A DNA stretch of 64,000 nucleotides, from NCBI GenBank assembly GCA_964304625.1, contig OZ199838.1, positions 8,953,045 through 9,017,044 of the forward strand. The letters run 5' to 3'. The DNA is from Kudoa neothunni (taxonomy: Eukaryota; Animalia; Cnidaria). This document shows, piece by piece, positions 38,074 through 51,699 of the stretch; positions within the stretch are counted from its first letter, which is position 1; the number at the start of each line of letters is the position of its first letter. Made by a program: the position numbers and the translations under genes. Under the pieces are notes generated by a model. It searched no databases. It was not told the origin of the DNA and worked only from the letters and a program-made list of their open reading frames with translations.

Positions 38074-38733
38074 TTAATTGGAAGCGACTATTCTTTTGAT
38101 CCATAATATTCAGGTAGGTCTAGTTTTGATTATATTTAATTAATTCAGTTCAACACTTCGCTCTTATGAACCGTTGGTAATTAAAAATATCAGATTTAAC
38201 AAATCTAATGGCGTATATCATACATAAATTGAAATTGTTAGGATAATAAATGTGTACCGCGTCAAGCGTACACTCTATATAGTATTAAATTTAAATGTAA
38301 AGGCAGCCACAATCCATTGGGTACGTCTAGATTCTGAGTAAATTTCTAATTGTTATCTATTTAATAATTTACTTTAAAACAAAATATTCTTTGTATCAAG
38401 GAAACTGCAACGAGAATTTATTTCAAAAGGTAAACAAAATTCCCTCATAAATAATAGCCGAGAAAAAAATGGCTCAATCAAAAAATTAATCGCTAGGAAT
38501 AGATTAAAAATCAATAAATATAACAAATTTTCAGATTTACTCAAACAATAATATCTATGGCATTTATAATGGACATTCGAAAATATTACCTAAATTTTAC
38601 ATCGAATAGAATCACTTTAGATCTTTATAAGTTGAGCAGTGGATATGTGAAACAATAATACTAAGCGCATAAAAGTTTAATCTAATTATTAACAGCACTT
38701 GGAAAGATAAAATCAAGATATTGTAAAAAATGT

Positions 38734-39865
38734 CTAAATTATATTTTGTTCCAAACAATATTGTTCAATATTTGACAAATCGGTTTGAGGTTCATATACT
38801 TCTAAAGATTCCCACAAGGCCTACAATTATGTAAGTGGGCGGTTATCTGATTGTAAATTCAATTATATTCTCACTTTGAAAATGGCTGGATTGTCAAAGT
38901 TATTTTGTGAGGTTTGAACCGTTGGCATCATTGGATTGGACCCTATTTAATAATTATTTTTCATAACTGAATATATAAAGTTCGCACAATAAAACCAATT
39001 TATTGGAAATTCAATGCAATAAAATTGCCTCAAGATGTTAACACACGATGAAAACTTTATTTCGATAAAACATAAAATAAATATGACTCGCATTTCTTAC
39101 CAGCAACAAAACTGTCACACTCGCACAAATACGTTATAATGTCTTGAGTACCAAAAAGTGCCAAAAGATACCAAGAAACCGAGCTCACCCTGAAATTAAG
39201 ATGACTCTCAATAGGTAACCACAAAAAATATCGTACCAAGAAGGATCCAAGTCTACTCCTTCAATGCTGCTCTGAAGCATAGCTCTAAAGTTGTTATTGA
39301 GTGAGAAAGGAACTCTAGCTATATGGAATTATTGGAGAGACAGATGAGATTGGGTTATTACTGGCAATGAATCCAGAAAACATATAATTGATAATCGCAC
39401 CAATGATTATCATAGGCATCATGCCAATAGTGGAACCTTTGAGCATATCCATAGCAGCGTTCGGATCTTGAAAAGGAGAAGGGGTAACGGGTTGGGTGCT
39501 TCCATCAATGAAACTCGATAGATATCCACAGTTAGTATCATTAAATTGATATCTTCTCAGTTCCAATGACTAAGAATCAATCAATTCGAAATCGAAAACA
39601 TAATTCAATCCAATCTCTACCTTTTTACCAAGCATATAACCATTGTTAAGGATATTATTAATTCGTTGAATCATTGAGCTTGAATAAAATTATGTATTAT
39701 TCAGATTTAAAATTATTACATCTTTTGAAGTTCAGCGTATGTTAATTTTTTCTTATTTTGAATTCCCTCAAGAAGGTAATTTCTCACTAAACTGACCAGA
39801 ACGGCAATAATTGCGATTGGAACAATAACCCAAAATCTTATTTCATCATCGATAACCAAAAACAT
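38734..39865 (-). CDS. EMC3: ER membrane protein complex subunit 3
   Basis: MFLVIDDEIRFWVIVPIAII...DPNAAMDMLKG...PMIIIGAIINYMFSGF..RVPFSLNNNFRAMLQ..IEGVDLDPSWVSSVSWYLLALFG...IFKALWESLEV matches EMC3/TMEM111 motifs. Confidence 0.93.
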
Positions 39866-41347
39866 GGTGGTGACGATTTTAGCGTGTTTTAGGGTCGATC
39901 ACTTCCAACTTCGAAGTATAGCGATTACTCACGATAAAATTATTATGTTTTGGTTCAACTTATTAAGCATCCTCCTTTCATTTTTCTATCAATCAAAAAT
40001 TTTAAAAATCTGTAAAATAATTAATTACCCTAATTTTCGAACTGATAATATCACCATGAGATGTGTCAAAAGTTTAAGAATTCAGATTCAGGTTGATATC
40101 AAATTATATTAGACTATTGATTTTACCTATTATTATTTTTGTTTTTTTATATATAATTTAATGTCTAAAGTAGTAATTTAGCAACAAGGGATTATCTTAT
40201 CCACTTAAAATAAAAAATTAGAAAAAAACAATGCTTTATAATTATGTTTTCATACATTTATGAATAATCGATTTTAAGTGACGTTTTGACCACTATATTA
40301 ATATAAAAAAATCCTTACTTTCAACAAATTCCATCCCCATAACTCTAATTTTCATTCAATAATGAAGAAAAGTTTATCTTGTTGCAATTTAAAATTCGTT
40401 TATAATTTCACTTTGAATATCACCTAAAACGTGTAGGTCGAAATCATTTCTTAATGGATAGCTCGTTTGTCTTTCTCCAAAATAGAAATTCTGGTATAAG
40501 GATACAAGAATGATTCTGGAGCTATGGCTTCAAGTGAATAATTTCAATAATGACAGATAAAACTTGTTTGTTATAGGCGTTATTATAAATCTGCGGTAAA
40601 ATCTATCGAGTTAGTTCTCATTGAAACAGTTTGTGACTTTTTTGGAGTCTCGTCAATATAAGCTGTCGTTTAATTTAGGAATGGTAACTTTTCACTGCGA
40701 TCTCTAATATACTCCTGACTTTACTAAAACTCGTGGTCTACATTGAGTGGGTACTGCCGACAATATTATCAATGGTGTAGCTTTTATTTTTTTATATTAA
40801 CTCCAAATGTTTTATTGAATTGTATTTTTTATTTATTATATGTGTATTATGAAGGTTTTTGTCAACCATACATACAAATCAAATAGAAATAATGCCTGCA
40901 CGCGTTTTTAAGGCCAATTTCAAGGAAGATGATGCGTATTGCCCATCAATGCTTTCAAATATCAACATTTTATAGAATTTTTATCAGAAAATTCAATTTT
41001 TTTAAATGTAAAAATTCATCTAGATTAAATTAATAAACGTAAACTTAAGTGATGTGTTCAACAAGTAGTAAATTCTTTGTGAGAAAGCAAAAGTGCGTAT
41101 TAGCCGTCACCAACTGTATATAGTAGATAGTAGATTTTTTATTTAATGAAAATTCATATGTATAATATAATAATGTGTATACAAATAAAGAAATGAATAA
41201 AATTTGAAAAATTGAGTTTTACTATGTAAGAAAATTAAAAGTTATTCATCTGTGAACTTTTTCATTTTTGACTGGCATCTCAAATATTTAGTTTTCCTTC
41301 GAATTATATCCTAAATTTATTTTGTTAGTTTCATTTTATCAGTGATT

Positions 41348-42971
41348 TTAGTTATACCAACACAAAAACCAATACGAAGTACATTCCCTTTTCACATCCT
41401 TAGAGGTTGGATTAGATCCAGCATGGGCCGACTTCAAATCATCATCAGTAGATTTGGTATCAACGTCAACAACTGTTAGCCCTTCTTTACTTAAAGAACC
41501 ATTTGGTTCCATAGTGTTCTCTTCTCTGATAACTTGAGTTCCTGGATTATTATCGACATGCTGCTCAACGACTCGAGTGGGTTCCTTACCGGAATCGCCA
41601 CTATCATCAACAGTGGCGGCAGTCAATGGCGTTTTGCAAATTGCTAAGCATGCTCCTTCGTTTTCAAAGTTATTCAAGTTCATTTCTTTTCCGTTAGATA
41701 TAAATTTCTGACAAGTCTTTGCATTATCGCCAGATGTTTCGTAGTAAAATCGATCTATTTTGTATACATCATTATCACTAGCAACTCCAATCTTTGGTTG
41801 GTTACACACATCAACACCTTTAAGTTCACCAACGTGAGCAGCTATTTTTAGAATTTTAATGTCGTTATTAAGTATTGAACTTTTCTTGATAGAGAAATAC
41901 TTGCAGGACAAAAACTTGCGCATAGTTCGACTGAGCTAAATATATTATTTTCACCGTCGTTAACTTTGACGGTTTGATTAGGTGGTAAAGTCAAAAAAGG
42001 GAGGCAAGCTTTTCTTGTTTTGTTAAAATAATAATATTCTTTTAATATGGTTTGATCAATAACTTTATTTTGAGGTGGCAATTGGTAGGGGCTGGTTGCA
42101 TTGCAAGCAGCGACGTAGTTAGCTATGTGCGATTATGACAAAGATCTTAATACAATGAGTACTTATGCATGTATCTACGCATGTTGGTAGATCATCAAAA
42201 TAACCTCTTTTGGCATCCATACCCACAGCGGCATAAACACATTTCTTTTTGTCTTTATGGAGGATAATTCCCATTTTTGGCGTTTCGTTGTCTATTTCTG
42301 CTGAAAAAAGACAATCAAACTCATTAGGGACTTTTGTCAATTCTTCATCCCTAGTTTCACCATCAACAAAACCGTTTCTTTTATCTTAAAGGATTTATAA
42401 ACAATTCGTCCTCAAATTATATATGCTTACTTTGGCATGCATTTTTACATTCAGTTTCGTTTTCAAAATTATTGGCGTTCCCACCACATCCACTGTATTT
42501 AAATTCGTGACAAGAGTTTTTAGCACCACCGTTGACAGCAGATTTGGAGTAAAACCATCTAACCAATTTATTTCCCCCAGGTGAATTACACAAACCTGGG
42601 GATTTTTCTAATTTACACGCATTTGACTTTTCTTCCGGTGTGAATTTAACTAGTAGTAGCATCAATCAATGTAAATAACATATTAATTACGATGGTTCTC
42701 ACATACCGCTTTCGACACAAAATTGTTAAAATTTCCAAGGGACCCCAGATATTTAAATGGTTTGCATTTGGCGGTATTAACGTCGACATACCACCTATCA
42801 ATTACAGCTGCATCTTGTTGCTCTTTATTCATCCAGGAAGGAGGAGCACCGACATCCAATTTATAAGAATCCAAAACTCGTTCTACAATAAAATAATTAT
42901 TACTTATAATAAATATTGAGATAACCGAGTGAAATAGTTGTTATAAAAGAAAAAATTATCCAAATAATCAT
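41348..42971 (-). CDS. Secreted multi-Kunitz (BPTI-fold) protein with five domains and an acidic tail
   Basis: Signal exon MIIWIIFSFITTISL, then one Kunitz-like domain per exon joined by phase-1 introns: RWY..CKPFKYLGSLGNFNNF; RWFY..CHEFKYSGCGGNANNF..EC..AC; KKCV..YFDDLPTCVDTC; YYF..KAC..NIF..LCASFC; RFYY..TCQKF..NLNNFENEGACLAIC. Confidence 0.9.
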
Positions 42972-45710
42972 TGTCTAGAAAATAATTACTTTAATCAAAT
43001 CAGGCTCGTATTTTCACGAAGAAATATTTTGTAATTAAGAATAATATATATCAATTGATACATAAATGTACCATATTAAATTGGATAATACTATTATCTT
43101 ATTTATGACTTTAATTTTCGGTAAAGGAAAAATCGTCATAAATGTAAAATTCAACAAATTTAAATTCAGCGCATATTATAAATAAAATTTTGTTGATAAA
43201 TCTTTCTTGTAATGATATAATTAATTCGATAACATTATATTCTATATTTTAGATATTCTAATAACCTTTCGAGATTATTGTCAACAATTCATATCTTTCA
43301 TGAGCAAAGCCTTTACGGCAGAAATTAAATGTTTAGAAATGACTCAAATATGAGATCATATAGCAAAATATTATTTTATGAATAATTCTTATAATAAATA
43401 AAACGTACAAATTTACATGTAATGGTTTAAACATAGGTCATAGTTATCTAAGCATAAAGTATTACTACCTAGCGCAAAATCCCAGCTTTGCGTGATGGTG
43501 TATGATGGGATTTTTAAAGTCTACGAGGTTTTTAAATCGAAAAATCCCAAACGAAACCTGCTTAAATAATAAGTTAAAAAAATTAAATATTTATTCTCCT
43601 CTGCCTGGATAAGTTTATGTTTGTTGCTATTTTTTGAACCTTAACCAATGGCATTAATCCAACTATGAATAGCTTTACGATGCAACCTCGGAGTTCGATC
43701 ATAAATTTCGTGTCAGAAACATTTTTGAATTCGAACACATAGAAAGGGTATTCAGAGCAACTCCAGTCGGAGCAAAAAACGGACGGGAAAAGAAATTCTA
43801 GAAGGAGATTTGCTCAATCAAGTTTTGAGAACGTCACCGTAAGATAATCCTGTATAATCTAACGTATGAAGACCAAAGAATATTTATCACATGTAACAAG
43901 TGTATTATAAGGGTAATAATCCACCAATAATATACACGATCGAGAACGGATCGGTATGGCACCACCGCGTTTTAATGCTAATAACGCAGGTTCAAATCCC
44001 AATTCTGAGTTTGTGTGACATCGTTTATCCCACTTTTATTATTATATTTAATGTTTATTTGTTATATATTTATAAACACAATGCATGCTTGTTTTTTAAT
44101 AAATAACAATAAAAATAGTCATTCATTTGATGAGCGGAACGGATTAAATCAATTTTCATTATTTTACATGGGAAAAATTGTTTCAAAATTCGAACATACT
44201 TCTAGAACGGATTATGGTCGAAGTCCGAGGTTGCACTGTATATAAAAATGTACATGGAAGAATACTAAAAAATTAACTGTTATTATTAAATTTATATTAC
44301 ATATTATTGAAAATAGATGACATTTAATGTGTAAGCTAAATTCCGCTGTGAATAAAGAATTAAAAAAATCAACAATCTAATGCAGTGTTCCCTGAACGGG
44401 GTGCCCGTCAGAGGTTAGGAATAATTGACTGTTGTTGGTAAAAATCAATTATTACAAATTTTCTTGAGGTATATTTTGGTAATTAATTGTTAATGTTTGC
44501 AATTCAAACTAAATCTAACTCAATATTCTAAAGATATTTTGATCAATAAATTGTATAAAACATGTAAGGTTTACATTAAAATAGTCAAACCAAAACGAAT
44601 AAAAATGATTGAATCTAGATTTTATTTATTAAATGTATCGGTCTTTAATATTAATAATTGAAATTAAACTTGTTATTAACTATAGTTTCATTATAATCAT
44701 TATTTGTTCAATAAAATTATAAATATCTTATGAATCCTAAAATCAAACTAATAAAATGACGCAATGCGCCAGATTGTGTAAAACCCGTATTAATGTCAAT
44801 TATTTTAACGAAAACGCTTGTAATTAACGATTAATTATTTTTATTTTAGTCATTAGAATAAATATATTCATAAATTATTTTTACTATGTTTAATCTTAAT
44901 TAATCAAGGTTATAATTGATATCGTCTTACATACGCATCTATTGTAGAAAAATTAAGCATAAAATCGAGATGAAAACGTGGAAAAATAATAAATGATACC
45001 ATATTACAATCGTAATATAATAATAAAGATAAGAGTAAGCGAAAATACTTCAAATGTGTGAATTTAAAGAGATGATTTAATTTATTGTTTCAAAAATCTA
45101 GACGTTAATTAAGAATATTTTGTCGACATTGACCTTATAAATGTGAAGGGAGGATGTTTAAGGTTTTTAAAGTTGCATAAATTGATGAACGAACCATAAA
45201 AAAATCGTATTTAATTAGTTACTTAGAAAGAATAAAAATTTATATTACAAATTTTTAGTTAAAATATTTATTAGAATATTTTAATGTTGGTCAATATTTA
45301 GGTTACAGAAAAAATTTCGTTATATATTAAAGACTTTAAGAATTAGTCATTACGATTACTCAAAATTTAGTCATGTAAATCTGGCATTGGACACGAAGAT
45401 GCATTATCTGACCCAAATAAAGTATGAAAAGCAAAATATACTTACTCCATGGTTAAGAGAAAAATCGTTTTTTTTATAAAATATTGTTTGGAAAGTTAAA
45501 ACAAATGGATGTAGATCACAATTTAAACAAGCATGAAAATCGGAAAATCATAAATCATTAAAGACATGATTTTGCAACATTTATATCACAGATGAATGGA
45601 TTAAACGATAAAAATAATTGTAATTAAGAATTTTAATTGTAATGTATTAATTAAAAGTATCATAATTGCAATTAATCATTTAACCTCAATCAATTAATTT
45701 TTCCCACCCC

Positions 45711-45744
45711 TGATTCCCGTATCCCCTAGGGGATACGGGAGTCA
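45711..45744. repeat. 34-bp near-perfect GC-rich palindrome abutting an orphan hAT-like terminus
   Basis: TGATTCCCGTATCCCCTAGGGGATACGGGAGTCA, one mismatched pair. It overlaps the end of TTTTTCCCACCCCTG (ends 45712). Confidence 0.85.
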
Positions 45745-47662
45745 TTCTAGAATAAATTTAAAAATTAATCTTAATGCATTCATTTCGTAATTTTCGTTAG
45801 GCCCCGTCTAAATCATGTGAAGACGTCATTCGTGTAATAATATTATTGGTTGTTTTGTCATCAATTTTTTTCTACTCAAAAAATGAGATATGAAAAATTT
45901 ATTTAATTTATAATCTGTTTTAATTCTACGAGGTGGGGCGGTAAAGCAATAGTTTATATTAAGACTATTCAACCTACAAGGTCTATCACTCGCTATTTTC
46001 ATGTAAAATCGTAACTGTGTTGTCTTTCAAAGTAACATATTTTTATGCTTATACTGTATTTAGGTTGTCGGTATCGTTATCTACTTAGAAATACGTTTTG
46101 CGTAGCTTTGAGTTGTTTAAATAACAAAAAAATTATTTCTAATCTGATTTCTGCCGGTATCTCTCAGGGACCCCATGGGCACACGCGGAATTTTTTTGAG
46201 ATCGGTACAGGAAGGGTTAATAAAATCCATAATTTCGCCAAAATAATACCAACCCGAACTAACTTTTCTACCGCACCGTACATTAATCAGCTTTTCTTGG
46301 CAATTCAAACCTTGTATTTCACAATTCTTGTTATTCTGTTGTTGGAGCATAGAATCATCTAGTTATCGACCAGCAAAATAAATTTCACTGAGGGAAAACA
46401 CTACAGTATAATTTCTACAACATAATAAAGCACAGTTCTCGATATTATCTCTTTTGTTTTCAACTAATACCTTACTAGTGTTCATATGAAAGATTAGTAA
46501 GGATTATGCAGGGAAGGCTTTCGTTCATGAATGTCGCATTATTTTCGACACACCTGATTAGGAGTTTAGCATCTTAAATAATCTAAAAAGACATAAACAA
46601 ATTACAATTACTAATTATTTTAAGCCAAAATTAATCTTTGTTTTTATGTATAATTGTGCCCAGCGCGGATTTCACCGTATTGCATAATTTCTCTCGATTG
46701 CGAATTTTTTTTCCAATCTAAAAAAGTATCGCAATATCCAGGGTCGCCCAAATATTGTAAAATTACTCCATTTTTTGTTTGTTGAACACACGCTGAAGTA
46801 CACAAGATTGGTCGATAATGCGGTTCTGGCAAATTTTCTTCAGCCCGAGGAGATTGCCAAAAAATAACTTACTATACTTATTGAAGGTATTTTTAAAATT
46901 TATTATCATTCACCAATTTTCAAGTATTTACAATAAAAAGGTAAATCAAATTGTTCATTCACACCATTTGAGATGTTTTATTAAGTACAATTAATAGAGA
47001 CAGGTTGTTTTGAAGCTACGTTAAAGCAGGGTTTTATAACTTACGTAATTCAAGGGAACGCCTTTAAGACACATACCATGAGTCAGCAATCTTTAAAAAT
47101 ACAATGAGGTGAATATAGAATAAACAGTGATGAGCCAATAAAAACAAGTGACAACATAGTTAATCCGAATTTTAAACTATGTCGCTACCTTAACTTCAAT
47201 CATCACAGGATATAGCGTCCCTCGTTATTATTACAATAGCAAAAATATTTGCGAAATGAATGTCAATAACAAAACAACAATACGAGTCGATATTACATTA
47301 GCACATGTTAGCAGCAAAGAAAGCCATGAATCTTTTCAAGTCTATTTACAGAATTTAAATTGATCGATTCAATTAAATTATAAAAAAAATTTATCAAGAT
47401 TTAATAAACGCAAAGTAGAATAAAAATTATTGTTCGGATGGCCAAGTTTTCTAATTAATCAAGTGACACCCACCATTCATACAATGATAAGGATTATGCG
47501 CAGGTTGTCGTTGTCAGATTAATATTACCCCCACACAGTCTGTTCCTATACAGTGAAAATAAAGTTATTTGAATGAGAGATTCTGTTTCATTTATATGAT
47601 TAATATTTTAGGATTCATAAGAGGTGTAATTGGGTATTTTGTGAAGAGTCGAACATTTCGAA

Positions 47663-48735
47663 ATGGTGTCTGATTTTATTTCGGGATATATAGGAGGTAG
47701 ATATAATTCTGTGTGATGAATTTTATTTAATTGTTTGTGCTCCGAACCCCTTATTTGAATTAAAATGGCATTAATAAGAATTATAATTTGTTAAAGGTTT
47801 AGCTGGAGTGGTAGTAGGTCATCCGTTTGACACGATAAAAGTGTATATACAGACAAAAAAGTGTCACTTAGGCGCTATTGGAACATTAAAAACAATCGCC
47901 AAACAAGAAGGAGTAATTTCAACTATTTGACTTTTGCATCATGATCTACTGACATAACCAAACAAATTTAGGTCCAGGGTCTATTTAAAGGCATGACTTC
48001 TCCACTTTATGGGACTGCGTTTCTTTGTAGTATATTATTTGGCGTCAACGGGATTTGCACTAAAACCATGCCTGAAAATGTAAGGAGTACCCCAAAAGGG
48101 CAATTTGTCGCGGGAAGTATAGCAGGATTTTCCCAAAGTTTAGTGACTTGCCCAATGGAATTGGTAAAAATTCGGATGCAACTCAACAATGCCAATTGCA
48201 CCGGTTCTACGAACACTCCAAGAACAACTCTCATGCAACAAACTGCTCAAATAATCAAAGAAAAGGCTGGATACAGAACCCTCTTCAGGGGTATGGCTAT
48301 CACGTTTTTACGCGATACTCCCGGGTTTGGAGTGTATTTTGCTACCAACCAATACATCATAAACAAATACAAAGCATCATCGATAGGTAGTAATTTGGGG
48401 GTGGTTTTTTGAATGAAAATTCGATGTTAGAAAGAAACCCATGTAACGATATGATATGTCAATTTGTGGCTGGGGGATTGGCTGGTGTTGCTTCGTGGGT
48501 TCCAAGCTATCCATTCGATGTTGTCAAAACACGCATTCAAAATTGTGTAGACCCAACCGTCGATACCAGATTTATACCTTACTTGCGAAGTCTCATAAAA
48601 AGCGAAGGTGTCGCCGTGTTGACAAGAGGGATGACAACTCAATTAGTGCGAGCATTTCCTGTCAATGCCTTCACATTCTGTGGTACCGCTATCGCCGCCT
48701 CTATGCTTGGCATGACTTCTCCGTTCCTTTTATAA
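47663..48735 (+). CDS. Mitochondrial carrier, SLC25A29/45/48-like (basic amino acid/carnitine type), copy 1
   Basis: Exons 47663-47696, 47797-47912, 47972-48386, 48431-48735. Three Px[DE]xxK signatures (HPFDTIK, CPMELVKIRMQ, YPFDVVKTRIQ), plus RDTPGFG and RAFPVNA. Confidence 0.93.
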
Positions 48736-49599
48736 CATTTCCTTAGAAACTCACTTATTACTTTAGATGAATTTACAACCGTGCGACACTCTTGTTTGTT
48801 AACTCTCCGATATGGTGCGGGCTCTTTCGGAACCCCTTCTAGATATATTGGGACTGCAGATTATTGTTTAAATTTGCGTCTTTATTATATTTTTACTGAA
48901 TAGTGATACATTATAATTTTTTATATTCTTAAATTTCATTATTTTCTTAATTTTATTACACCTACGTAAAATTTTGTTAGTTTACTCAAATTTAATGGTG
49001 CTATTATCTGAAACAATTAGTTGCATCCAAATTTTTTATTTAAATTTTCGTGATAAAATATTTAGTTTAATTGAAATATTCTATCATTCAAACCAATGAG
49101 ACAGAACTTGTCGAAGGATTAGCCTGATGATTATCAACTGTGTATTATTTATGGAGCGTTAACTTACTAACAATATACACAGTCATTCATCATTTTTGCG
49201 CTATTATATATATGACTAAGTATTTTTCAAATAATTTATTTTAAGGATGTAGATTATTATTTGTTGGGTATTAATTCATTAAACTACGATATTCTATTGA
49301 TTAGAGATACTTATGAAGTCTTTCAATAATAGGTAAGATCTGCCATAACAGATTGACCTTCGTAAGAACATAATGTTCAAATAACTTGCAATACGCCCCT
49401 TAACTTTTTTATTCTAGCAGAAAAATTGTGTTTAATATAATAGTAAACATTTATGGTTATCTTAAAACTTATCGGTGTCTTAAAATAGACCGCATACATT
49501 ATTACCTGCATTTAAATAAATCTTGTAGCAAGAATTTGCGATACATATTCAATTGTATGTATCATCTTACTTAACGTTAAATATTTTTTTATAATTAGT

Positions 49600-50400
49600 C
49601 ATTATTATGAAAATTCTAGTTCTATTTTAATAGATCAATCATCATCTCCACTTATTGGAGTCTCGTTTTCAGTGTTAGTAATATTTTCATGGTGATGAAA
49701 CCAACTGTGACAGTCAAATTGAATATCACGAGATAACTATCGTGGTTATTTAATAATTTGTCTAATAAACGAAGATAATCTTCCACACTTCGTAGCTAAC
49801 AGATATTTTTTATAATATTTGATATCTCAAAACCAATTTTATTAAAAGGTAAGATTGAGATTGAAAAATTTTTCGTAATATTATATTAATTTTATAGAAT
49901 CCACAACTGTAAAATGAGAATGTATAGAAGTTTTGAGAGAAAATAATAACCGGGAGACAGAACCCCTCTTTATTGGAATCTCCAAGCGTGAATCAAGCCT
50001 AAATTTAACAGATTAAATAGACTTTTTGAGCTTGTTGGATGACAGAATTACGGTGGATTAAAATGCTCTAATTTTTGTAGATATGGTCACACTTGTCAAG
50101 TATGAAGAATTTTAGTTTCTGTTTTGAACGTTTTGTTTGATTTCGTGCATGGGGCAAAATTGGAGCACTCATCTAGCCGCCATACTATAAATAATCATAA
50201 CCTGATTTTTAATTCATACCTTATGTAAACGAATATTTTTTACTGCCGATGTAGAGTTAGCCCTTTCAGCATAAGCTTGGACCTCACGAGCCCATCTTCT
50301 TTTATTTTGTATACATTCTGTTGTTAAACTTGTTATATTCTGTGTAGTTTTATTAGAAGTTTAACTACTTTTTAAAAAAATATTATCTATCAGTAATTGA
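49600..50400 (-). mobile_element. Tc4/Tc5-like (pogo-group) transposase relic, N-terminal half
   Basis: KRRWAREVQAYA, DSRLEIPIKRVLSPG and IHSHFTVV loosely match the RRWAL.., DQSGF.LE....RTL...G and HSYTI motifs. Heavily disrupted. Confidence 0.35.
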
Positions 50401-51699
50401 AATCAAATAGGTTAGAATTTTGACAAAATTACGCAAAATATAAAGAGTTTATCCAGAAAATAATAGGAAGATAGGGACGTGGAACCCAAGGTTATCCTCA
50501 AAAGTTTAAAATGAGTTTTAAAATTCAAGTTCTCCCAATTTTATACTAGTTAACTTATTTATTTCGCATTTAATAAGTGTGGGGAATCTTTTCTCTCTTT
50601 TTGAGGACATCTTTTTTCATTGCGATATTATTTATATCATGCTCTTTTATCAAATTTATGAAATTTTTTGCGATTCTACGTTAATTCTTCAATCCATTCG
50701 AATTTAATTAAGTTATTTAAAATATTTAAATCTTTTAAATTCAGTTCCACAATATATTTTTATTTTATTATTAACTCTTTTGCGACTAATGTCCCCATAG
50801 TATCCAAACAATTAATACGACTAAAAATATGTAACTATAGTTCTTCTACAGCATTTCTGCGAATATTTTTATTACTTTTAAGCCATATTTAAGTATGAAT
50901 GCCATTTAATAAATTTTTATGTTCGATTTATCCATCATTTTTTTAATTTCTCATGTCGCAAAAAGTAACCGGCAAAAAAACATATATGAAATAGATATTT
51001 GTTTAAAAAATGTACATATTATAAATCACGACATTAAGTTTGTATATACAAATTTGGAGAGGATACATAATAAAAAATACGATGATAGTGGTTAGTCGTC
51101 ACGTGGGTACTAGGGTGGACATTTGGCATTCGTGGATTCCAATATTTGAACTCGTAGATCAATATTTGGTTTTCAAAAGTTCTAAATAGGGAAAAATTGT
51201 CACAGAAGTTATTATATTTCCTGACGATGATATTTCTGTTCCAGAAGAATATGTGGACGACTTCGAAATTTGTAACTGACAACATTATGTTGAAACTACA
51301 GTCGTGTCTCGATATTTCGTAATAGTTTGGGACTGAGGAAAAATTACGCAATATCGAGTCATCAACGTGCGCGTAATAACTTCTAATTTAACATTTCTTA
51401 CAAAATAACTTATCTACTTTATAATTTTTTATTAATTTATTGATAATTTCGCGTAAGGCATCCTTAATTTGATGTACAGAAAATAATTCAATAAGATTCT
51501 CAATGACACGTTTTTTCGCGGATTTATAAGATTTTTTACTTGAAACGTTGTAACGATTTCATCGTTCTCTATGAGATCGGGATCTTCACTCCAATAATGA
51601 AATTTACCATGATCATCTTATTTTAAATGTAAAATTTCATTTTCTTCCAACCAAACAATATCATTACACAGTATTATCTACACATATGAATATTAAAAT

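Noticed and set aside
48007-48746. Overlapping alternative-frame and antisense ORFs on SLC25 (likewise 28970-29696 and 60436-60700)
   Set aside because: Shadow ORFs of GC-richer real exons.
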